Shown here piece by piece: positions 51,220-64,000 of a DNA stretch of 64,000 nucleotides (positions within the stretch are counted from its first letter, which is position 1; each line of letters starts with the position of its first letter). This DNA is from the human T2T-CHM13v2.0 reference genome, Homo sapiens. The notes beneath the pieces were generated by a model that was given only the letters and a program-made list of their open reading frames with translations, had not been told where the DNA came from and did no database searches. The stretch lies in the NCBI RefSeq assembly GCF_009914755.1, contig NC_060926.1; one strand, given 5' to 3'. A program made the position numbers and the translations under genes.

Positions 51220-53380
51220 TAACTCTGAAATATGCTTTGCCTGATATTAGTATTTCTACTCTAGCTTTCTCTTGACTAGCGTAAGCATGGTATATATTAT
51301 TCCATTCTTTTATTTTAACCTGTTTGCATCTTTGTATTTAACTTGTGTTTCTTGAAGGCGATAGTTTTATTTCTCTGATAAAAACATGTAAGAAGACAAT
51401 CACATTAAATGTATATGGCCTAAAACCTCTGCTTTTTAATTGGGGGTATTTAGACCATGTACATTTAATATGATTGTCTTCTTATATGTTTTCTATTTAT
51501 CTCTATCTGTTCCTTGCATTTTTCTTGCATCCCCCACCTGCCAAGATGGGGTCTTGCTCTGTCACCCAAGCTAGAGTGCAGTGGTGTGATCATACCTTAC
51601 TGCAGCCTTGACCTGCTAGGCTCAAGTGATGTACCTCAGCCTCCCAATAGTGGAGACCACAGTTGTGCACCACCATACCCGGCTACTTTATTTTTTTATA
51701 TATGGGGTCTCACTATGTTGTCCAGGCTGGTCTCATACTCCTGAGCTCAAGTGAGTCTCCTGCCTTGGCCACCCAGAGTGCTGGGATTACAGGTGTGAGC
51801 CATTGCACCTGGTCTTCTTGCATTCTTTTACTTTATTTATTTTTTTTTTGAGAGAGAGTCTCGCTCTGTTGCCAGGCTGGAGTGCAGTGGCGCTATCTCG
51901 GCTCACTAGAGTCTCCGCCTCCTGGGTTCAAGCGATTCTCCTGCCTCAGTCTCCTGAGTAGCTGGGATTACAGGTGTGCACCACCACACCCAGCTAATTT
52001 TTGTATTTTTAGTAGAGACGGGGTTTCACCATGTTGGCCAAGATGGTCTCGATCTCCTGACCTTGTGATCCGCTTACCTCGGCCTCCCAAAGTGCTGGGA
52101 TTACAGGCGTGAGCCACCGTGCCCAGCTTATATTATTTATTATGATTCCAGTTTGCCTCCTTTTATTACTTTTACCTATTTTTAAAAATTATTTTTGTGG
52201 TTCCTTTAAGATTATAGTGCACATTTAGAGAGGTCTACCTTCAAGTAATATTGTACACTTCATCTATAATAAAAGCATTCCTTCATTTACTTTCTTTTCC
52301 TCCCTCCTGCACTTTGTGCTATTGCTGCCATGCATTTGACTTTTACATATGTCATAAACTCTGTAATATTTTGCTGTTTTTTTATTAAACATGTATCTCT
52401 TAGAGATTTAAATAATAAAAAATTTAAAAGATGTTTGCTCATATAGTTACCACTTTGGTGTTCTTTATTCCTTAGTATTGATCCAGATTTTCATCTGACA
52501 TCATTTTGTTTCTGAAGAATATCCTTTAACATTTCTTGCAGTGAAGGTCTCCTGGTGATGAATTATTTCATTATTTATGTTTCTGGTGTGTCTTTATTTC
52601 ACCTTCATTTTTGAAAGATATTTTTGCCAGGCATAGAATTCTAGTTGGCCTTTTTTCTTCTAGAACTTTAGAGATGTACCGCTGTCTTCTCACTTGCATT
52701 GTTTCTCAAAAGAAATCTGATGTTGTTCTTATCTTTGTTCTTCTATAGGTAACATGTCTTTTTATACACCTGCTATTAATAATGTTTCCTTGATTTTGAA
52801 CAATTTGATTATGTTATCCCTTAGTGTAATTTTCTTCATGTTTCTTGTGCTTGGGGTTTGCTGAGTTTCTTGGATCCGTGAGTTAATAGGTCTTCTTATG
52901 GCTAGAACATTTTCAGCAGTTGTTTCTTCAAGTATTTTTTTCTCTTTCTTTTTTTTCTCCTTTGGGAACTCCAGTTACCTGCATATTATTAGGCCATTTG
53001 AAGTTGCCTGACTGCTCACTGATGCTTTTTAAAAATCACTTTTTAAGATTTTTTTTTTCTTTTTGTACTTTAGCTAGTGTCTGTTCTTGTATCTTCAAGT
53101 TTGCTAATCTTTTCTTCTGCAGTTTCTAATCTGCTTTAGTTCATCCAATGTAATTTTCATCTCAAATGTTTTTGTCTTTGAAAGTTTGATTTTGGCTTTT
53201 CTTGTTTATCTCCCATGTCTCTATTTAATGTTTTGATTATATGAGATACATGTATAAAAACAGTTTTAATGTCCTCCTCTGCTAATTTTAACATCTATTT
53301 AAGTTCTGGGTCAGTTTTGATTGATTATTTTCAGTTTGCATCATGATTGTCTGCTGCTTTTTATGCCTGGTAATCCTCAT
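51220..53380 (-). mobile_element. Old L1M fragments interrupted by Alus (about 51545-51812 and 51830-52127)
   Basis: ttcatttttgaaagatatttttgccaggcatagaattctagttg and similar antisense L1M motifs. Confidence 0.7.
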
Positions 53381-54417
53381 TTAGTTGTAAAATTTACCGA
53401 CAAAAGCAAAGTGACAAAAGGAGATAGGAAATATCATGAAAACAATTTCTCTAAAAAAAAAAACTTATGATGCCTAATCCCCTGAATAAAGACATTTAAG
53501 CCTTTCTTGCTTCATATTTAGACAAAAATCTTCCTGCTTATGTTCCTATTTCATCTCTGAAAACAGTGTAAGCAACCAGTTGTCCGAGGCACCATTCTTG
53601 GACAGTAATAATGTGCTGTCCTTAGTATATGAAGATGTAATTACTGTAGTAGCAACAAAAACCTAAGCTTTTGGATTGGATTCTGTTTTGGTTTTATTTT
53701 CTTCTACCACTACAATAAATGACACATAATCTTTCACTCTTAATGATAAATGGTGCATAATTTTAAGACAATTATGTGGAATTCAGAGAGAAATTCATAC
53801 TCATGGAACACGATTTATATTCTGTGAAGTGTTAACAATGACTTAATGAATGAACACGTAATCTGATTTAACTAACACCATCTTATTAATTGATATTACA
53901 TACACAGATCAAAATTTTGTAATATACTGAACAGGACTTAACAGAAAACTACATATATGTAAGTGATTAATAATCTTTCAATACGATGATGAAGCCAACA
54001 GAAAACTATAAAAACTATATTTGAGAAAGATGGAAAGTGGTAATAGGAGTATATATGTTCTCCAATTCTAAATTAGAGAAAATCTTACGAGTCAGCAAGT
54101 TAACACTTAATTTGATTATTTTTGATGTTACCAGCCCCAGAAATAGCATTCTGAAACAGATTACAGGCTTTCTTCTTTCTATTTGTTGATACATCAACTA
54201 CCACAACTCACCTTTCATTTTGTTGCTAAATTTTCAGAATAAAGTGTGTGTGTGTGTTAAAATTCTCCTGCTAAAATAATCTTTCTATGTTCTTACATAT
54301 TTAGGTTTGGAATATGGTTCATGATGGCAGAATTGTCCAGGTCAATATAGTAAAATACTCTGACCAAGACAGTAGGACCCAGACTCAAGCTGGGGAAGAG
54401 ATAAATAAGCTCAGTTA

Positions 54418-56684
<2,267 letters not shown>

Positions 56685-56772
56685 TATTTTAACTGTTTTA
56701 TGTCTTCTGGTTTCGTGTGACAATGAAATGAGTTAATATTTCCTGCCTGCACCAACCACATTTAGGCTCTAC

Positions 56773-56850
56773 CTTAATTGTTGATGAGGTCTTGGAGCCT
56801 CCCTTCTGCTCCCAGAGGCTTTTCTTGCTCATGTCTCCAGCCACAATATC
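56773..56850 (-). pseudogene. LSP1: LSP1 pseudogene exon, 78 bp
   Basis: Minus strand ccccag|GAT ATT GTG...ATT AAG|gtagag; translates DIVAGDMSKKSLWEQKGGSKTSSTIK, the LSP1 segment that follows the previous exon. Confidence 0.93.
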
Positions 56851-57220
56851 CTGGGGGCAGCAGAAGGGTATGTCACAAGGGCAGACCCCTGGATCTTGGG
56901 GAGTAGAAGCCCTGGGCCCTTCTCTCCTGCCTTGCCTTACCTGGCCAGGGGGCCTGGGATCTGCCTACCAAAACTTTTTCTGTGCGATCCCAGTGGAAGA
57001 AGCAGGGAAAGGAATAAAGGTGCCATCCACCTCCACTCGGACAACACAGCCTTCTACACCAGCAAGGGTGAACCCAACCCTACTGCAATACCTCAGGGTT
57101 CTGTCTGCCCACATTCATCCTGGACAGTCCCACGCTTGTCTTAACAAGGAAACCTGGCCTGCTACTAAACTCCCCGGTGCTGGCTCTGCAGCCCAGCCTT
57201 GCCCCTGGAGGGGACCTTAC

Positions 57221-57355
57221 CTTGCAGGACGGAGTCTTGGCCGCAGACTGAGCCTGTACCTCACCCGTCTCCCACCAACTCTTGGTACTGGACGCAGCCA
57301 TGCTGGGCAGCTCTATGGAGGCCTGGCGGGCTAGCTTGGGGGTCTGGCCAGCAGT
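57221..57355 (-). pseudogene. LSP1: LSP1 (lymphocyte-specific protein 1) pseudogene exon, 135 bp
   Basis: Minus strand tgcag|ACT GCT GGC...TGC AAG|gtaag; translates TAGQTPKLARQASIELPSMAASSTKSWWETGEVQAQSAAKTPSCK, matching the LSP1 C-terminal region. Confidence 0.93.
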
Positions 57356-57640
57356 CTGCAGAGGAGGAAAAGCATCAGGATTACCTTAGTGGACAGCCAC
57401 CGTGGTCACATCAGAGGGTCACACTGGGCAACCCTCTGCTTTGTGTTTGTGTTTTCCCTGGGAGCGATTTCCCAATGCAGCCCTAGAGTGGGGATCACTG
57501 GAAAGATGTGCCTTCCTCCATTCAATGCAATTGTGAGACACCTCCCTTTCCTGAAGAGCATCAGGGAGATGATGGCGCACAAGACAGATGTGGGTCTGCC
57601 TCCATGCTGCTCATGGGGTAGGGCTGGGGGACCATGGGAT

Positions 57641-57835
57641 GGATGGAGGGACATTGAATGGATGGAGGGACAGTGGTTAAATTGCAGAGTATTGGTTGGA
57701 TGGAGGAGCATTGATTAGATGGAGGACTATTGGTTGTATAGAAAGGTGTTGATGAAGGAATATTGATTGGATGGAGGAGTACTGATTATATGAGGGAGTA
57801 TTTGTTAGATGGAGGGGCACTGATTGAATGCAGTA
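57641..57835. repeat. Degenerate ~19-bp minisatellite (ggatggaggagcactgatt)
   Basis: About 9-10 imperfect tandem units visible. Confidence 0.75.
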
Positions 57836-60800
57836 GTAGCCGCGTGGCTGGGGGCTGCTGGGCCTCGTTCCACATGGGGAGGCAGAGCCTGGGGTGCAGG
57901 GACCCTCATGCTCACTCACGCTCCCACTCACGATCCAGCCCCTCCAAATGGAGGGCGGCGCAGAGCTGGGGCAGAGTATTGAGGAGGTGGAGGGGTTCCA
58001 CGGAGGAGAAGCCTGGCCATGTTGCTCCCCATGTTCCCATGTCCCAGCCCCTCCATGTGAGCAAGGTCTCAGCTGGGGTGTGTGTCCTTGGGCCTGGGGC
58101 ATGAGATGGAGCCCAAGCTCCTCCTTGGACCTGGGCTTCCAATGGGTCCAGGGCCCTCACTCCAGCTCCACAGACCCCCTCCACCAAGCCATAGGGGGGG
58201 CGTGGCTTGGAAGCACACATTGGCACAGAGACCCCAGAAGCCCGTGTGCACACGTTTCCTTAGGTCCACCCCTAAGGGCAACGAGTCCGGGCCCCAACAG
58301 CCCCATAAAGGCCCTCACTCTGCTCACAGCTCATGCCCAACACATGGAGTGTGGCCGGGCGCGGGACTCCCTAGGCCTGGGGCACATGCAGGTGCACACC
58401 CAACTCACACACATTCTCCACGAGCCCACGCTCCGGCCACACAGGCACACATGCCTGCACCCCATGCTCATACAAATATGCACGTGCTCACACACGGGAA
58501 CCCTTGACATCCACGTGCATGTGCAGACAGGCTTGGGAACAAGGGGACCACGTCCCCCTCCAGGGATCCCTTCAGGGTGCTGCAGCCTCACTTTAGTGAG
58601 GCAAACATTGACTGTTTGCCTTGCCATGGCCCCGACAACGGCGGTGCCGGCCCTGGCACGAGGCCCAGGTGTGTACTCTGGGAACATCATCCATGCAGAG
58701 CTGGGCCCCTGGAGGATCACTCTGACTGAGCTCTCCCTGGCTAGGGGCCTGGGGGACAGAGTGGGGATGCAGAGTAAGCATCTCCTGGTGTCTCCCCTAA
58801 AACCCAGTGCTGGGGAGAAGCCCCGCCAGCCCCTGGCCTCTGACCCAGCAGAGCTGAGAACGTGGAGGCCTCTGGGCCCCTTCTCCGTCTCCTCCCTTTC
58901 CCCTCCCCCAGGATATGAGTCATGCGGGCCCCCTCCCCATGACCTCACCGCATCACTATTCCACAGCTGGGCTCCGTTCTGGGAACTGAAAGGGGGGCAG
59001 CTCTCCTGGGGTGGGGTGGGGGCCTCTGGCCTGGGAAAGGCGCCCCCCGGCCAGCGGCCCAGGCCCCTTGGCATGCACCACGGAGCTGTCAGGACTCTGG
59101 GATGGCCGACCCTGCCTGTGGCCCCGGCTCAGCCCCGTGCAGCTGCGAGGGATTTGGTGTTCCTGCGCAAATGCAATTAGGCCATTTCCTATGTCTGTTC
59201 TGGCTCCGAAGTCCAAGGTTCAGCCCAAGCGGCCAGGCGGTTACGGGGGGGCTCCATCCACCTCCCACCCCAGCACACACCCCCACCCTCACAGTCCCAG
59301 GCTCCACTTCGGGGCCTGGCCCCCAGCCAGGGACACCAGTATGCACAGAACCCTGAAGGATGCCTCGTTCTGAGTGGAGCTCCCCAAGCTCAGGTCTGTT
59401 CCTGTCGGCCTCGTCCACTGCCAACCACCCCCGACTCGGGACACTGGCCCTTCTTCTCCTTCCTCCACAGACCTCCCCACCTCTACCTCCCAGTCCCCAC
59501 TGAGGGCCTGACAATGCCCATCTTCGGCCCAGCACTCCCAGCTACCCACTGCCGTCCTTCCCCTGCCTGGAAGTGCAGACACTTCCAGAATGGGTGTCCG
59601 GCTCGGTCCCCGTCCTGACTCTGCTCCCTACAGGCAGCTCCTGTGGCTGCCCCACCCAGCTGTCCTGAGCCCAGAGGTCGGCTGGAGAGGGTCGGTCCTC
59701 TCTGGGGTCCTGGGGAGTCAGGAGGCTCTGGTGAAGAGCAAGGGCTGCAGGGAGGATGTCGAGGGGAGGAGGAGCTTCTCCTCCAGGCCTGACCACAGGT
59801 CTCCTGGACACCACAGGGAGCTGGCGGGAGGACTGGGGAGTTGGGCTGGGCCTTCCACCAGGGTGGTTCGGGACTCCCTGCACAGCACTGAGGTCTCTGG
59901 TCCCCTCATTAGCCCAGCCTCCCGTGGGATCATAGACTTGACCCCTCAAGTCACTGCAGAGCCCAAGAGTGGAGAGACACAGCACCGTGTGCCGGGAAAA
60001 GGTGCCCACAGGGGCCCTTCATGGCTGAGGCTTCCAGAGGGTAGTGGGACGGCAACCCCGCTCCCCACCAGCCGCCCACCACAGCGTTCATGATACAGCT
60101 TCGGAGTGTGGGTCGGGGTCTATCTGGGAAACCAGGGCAAAGGCGGTGGCAGCTGGCAGCACCCACACCCACAGCTGGGGCACTGCACACATGAGCCCCC
60201 ATCAGCAGGCCCCTTGGTTGTGCCACAGGCAGGGGTCCTGCCCTAGGGAGGGGGTAGTCCGGGGGGGGGGGCTCGAGGGTGTGGCACAGGCCAGCTGTCA
60301 CTCCTCCCTGGAGAGGCAGCTGGGGACGCAGCTGGGAGGGGAGCCAGGAGCAGAGACAGCCCGGGGCCAGCAGGTGGGTGACAGGTGGGGCAGCGGGAGG
60401 GGCACGTGCTGTCCGCCTGGGGCTGGGGTATAGAGACGGGAACCTGCCCCCCAATGCCTGGTGCTGGCCCAGCCTCCCCCCGGGGCCTCTAGCACCTTCC
60501 CAGTTGTGTCTGCACCCTCCTGGGCATGGCGGGGGAGGGTGGGGGTCAACCCCTTTCCTTGTAGTCCCGCGCCAGTGGGCAAGGGAGACGCCCCAGTGAG
60601 CAGGAGCCTAGCCTCTCTGCCTGGGGAGGCCAGGTGATGAGCCACCCGGAGTGGGAGGAGGCCTTGAACTTGGGTCTGAAAGATGAGCAGGGGTTTGCTG
60701 GGCCGGGTACAGGCAAAAGCTAATGCAGGAAGGCAGAGAGCAGGAGCGCTTAGAGGGAGTGGCTCTGTGCAGCCGGAGTCAGATGGGTGACCCTCACTCA

Positions 60801-61763
60801 GGAGGAAGCACTGGGACCCTCTCTCCTCACGCTGGGTCCCCCGCCTCCCTCTAGGATCCCCACACCCAGGTCCTTCTGGGCCTCTGCCACACAGATCAGG
60901 TCTGGAAGGCTCCCTGGAGGAGGCGGCGCCTAGACTTGGACATAGGCCTGCAGAGCTGATTTCTCTCACAACCCTGGGAAGACAGAACTCCTCAGCGGGT
61001 TGATGTGGAGGAGAGCGGAGCCTCCCTCCAAGGCACCAGTCCAGTGCTGGGGGCGACACAGAGAGCCAGAAGCTGGCGGGGGTGGGAGGCTCTGCCCCCC
61101 AAGGGCTTTACATGCCGAAGCCCCATGGCCGAGCTGGGACCCAGGGTCAGCCCAGGCAGGCCGCGAGAAAGGAGATTGTGGGCCCCACCCCATCACACAG
61201 GGAGGAGGTGCTGTGCCCGCTGGGGGGGCAGCTGCCCCTCTCTGGGCCCTTTGGGTGGGAAGAGGCTTGGTGAGGTAGAAAGCCCAGCCCCAGCCAGCAG
61301 CCTTGCCTTCTCACAGTGGCAGCCCTTTGTAACCCGGGGGGGCTCCCTGCAGGGCCTCTCCCTGTCTTCTCACCATGGGGCAGCATTTGGGGGCCTCTTG
61401 AGGGACCCCCTAGATGCTTCTACTCAGAGCCCCCAAAGCCAAGGAGCCTCCACTCCTCCGTCTGCAGCCTCCCCTGCCGGTTCTTGCTACCCAGGGTTCA
61501 GTGGCCTGGGGGCTGACGGAGGGGGTCGCCTCTGCCAAGGCCCCTCCCGGCGCCTCCCTGGCTCATCCAGCCCACCTTCCTCCCACGCTGGCTCACGCAA
61601 AGTGCTCTGGTCACCAGGAGCCCTTCCTGACCAGCCCCGGCCCCTTCTTGGCCTTCGCCCCACCTGGCCTCCCCTGGATCCCTGACCTGGGTGCCGGGCC
61701 TGCTGGGTCCAGAGCCCACCCCGCCCTGAACAACCCCGAGCCTCAGCCACCCTCAATTCTTAC

Positions 61764-61870
61764 CCTTTCACAGCTGGGGAGTGGAGTCTGGGCCTGAGGT
61801 CTCCCGTGCGCCTCTCGGCGCCTGCGCCCGCGCTGTGCACCACCCCGCGCCTGCGCCCGCGCTGTGCCTT
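61764..61870 (-). ncRNA. Candidate first exon of an LSP1-pseudogene transcript, starting in TAR1
   Basis: Strong donor GAAAGG|gtaaga on the minus strand at 61763, adjacent to the CpG-dense TAR1 29-bp-type repeats. The 5' end is not defined by sequence. Confidence 0.5.
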
Positions 61871-62520
61871 TGCGAGGGCGGAGCTGCGTTGTGCTCAGCA
61901 CAGACTCGGAGAGCATCGCGAGGGCGGAGCTGAGTTCTCCTGTGCACAGACTTGGGAGATACAGCGAAGGCGGAGCAGTGTTCTCCTTGGCACAGACCCG
62001 GGCGGGCCAGGGGCACCGCGAGAGCGGAGCTGCGTTCTGCTCAGCACAGACCAGGGGGACAACGCGAAGGCAGAGCAGCGTTCTCCTCAGCACGGACCTT
62101 GGGGGCACTGCCTCGCTTTGGGACAACTCGGGGCCGCATCGACGGTGAATAAAATCCTTCCTGTTTGCAGCCCTGAATAATCAGGGTCAGAGACCAGTTA
62201 GAAGGGTTCAGTGTGGAAAACGGGAAACCAAAAGCCCCTCTGAATCCTGCCCACCGAGGTTCTCCCCAGCCAAGGTGAGGCGGCCGCAGTGCGAGATCCA
62301 CACCGCAGCCTCGGAAGACAAATGCAGCATTCCTAATGCAGACATGACACCCAAAATATGACACCCCCATTGCTCATGTAACAAGCACCTGTAGTGCTAA
62401 TGCACTGCCTCAATACAAAAACATTAATATAAGATCCACAATCCCCTCGCTGCCGTGCAGTCCTAAGACAGCGATCATAATAATCAACATTGACATAGTC
62501 AATACAAACGTAGTAACGAA
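61806..62520 (+). repeat. TAR1 telomere-associated repeat (29-bp-type remnants plus about six 37-bp-type repeats)
   Basis: gcgcctgcgcccgcgc units at about 61807-61866; repeated gcgagggcggagctgcgttct(c/g)ctcagcacagac units at about 61872-62100; then the typical TAR1 tail (gggacaactcggggccgcatcgacggtgaataaaatcc...). Confidence 0.9.
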
Positions 62521-62522
62521 CC

Positions 62523-62743
62523 TAGGGTTAAGGTTGGTGTTAGGGGTTAAGTTTAGGGTTAGGGGTTGGAGATAGGGGTTGGGGTCAGAGTTAGGGGTTA
62601 GGAGTCAACATTTAGAGTTAGGGGTTAAGAGAGGTTGGGGGTTAGGGATTAGGGGTTAGGGTTGGGTTAGGGGGAGGGTGAGAGTTGTGGTTAGGGGTTA
62701 GGGTTAGGGATTAGGGTTAAGGTTAGGGGTCAGGGTCAGGGGT
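62523..62743 (+). repeat. Degenerate telomeric repeat tract (TTAGGG/TTAGGGG/TCAGGG/TTGGGG), interstitial
   Basis: Directly visible, e.g. ggttagggttagggattagggttaaggttaggggtcagggtcagggg. Confidence 0.95.

Positions 62744-64000
<1,257 letters not shown>

Noticed and set aside
57894-59180. 428-aa ORF, the longest in the window
   Set aside because: It lies in very GC-rich, stop-poor DNA with overlapping ORFs on both strands; it is Pro/Gly/His-rich with no recognisable domain. Most likely chance.
61872-62100. Regularly spaced repeats with variable spacers, superficially CRISPR-like
   Set aside because: These are the 37-bp-type TAR1 units in primate DNA; there are no cas genes.
62523-62743. The 2q13-q14 ancestral chromosome fusion site
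   Set aside because: That site has head-to-head TTAGGG/CCCTAA arrays; here there is one orientation only, followed by L1.

Overview
Human/great-ape genomic DNA, dense in Alu, L1, L2, MIR, LTR and DNA-transposon relics, with no intact protein-coding gene. It reads as a mosaic of segmental duplications. (1) About 1-47 kb carries an unprocessed OTOP1 (otopetrin-1 proton channel) pseudogene on +: exons 2, 4, 5 and 6 are present with GT-AG sites, exon 3 is missing, exon 5 is frameshifted and the FYR motif is mutated. (2) An AT-rich Alu/L1 block of unknown origin lies at about 47.7-56.7 kb. (3) A GC-rich LSP1-derived block at about 56.7-61.8 kb has two intact LSP1 exons on -. (4) A truncated TAR1 subtelomeric repeat and a degenerate (TTAGGG)n tract are fused to a 3'-truncated L1, i.e. 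an interstitial fossil chromosome end. This combination fits my recollection of the 2p11 pericentromeric mosaic or a paralogous copy; that is inference and was not searched. The most interesting signal is a candidate chimeric minus-strand transcription unit: TAR1 CpG promoter and first exon, two LSP1 exons, then an LTR-derived terminal exon with AATAAA. It would encode a roughly 66-aa LSP1 C-terminal micropeptide. Repeat coordinates and subfamilies are by eye and approximate, and comparisons with OTOP1 and LSP1 are from memory of those proteins.
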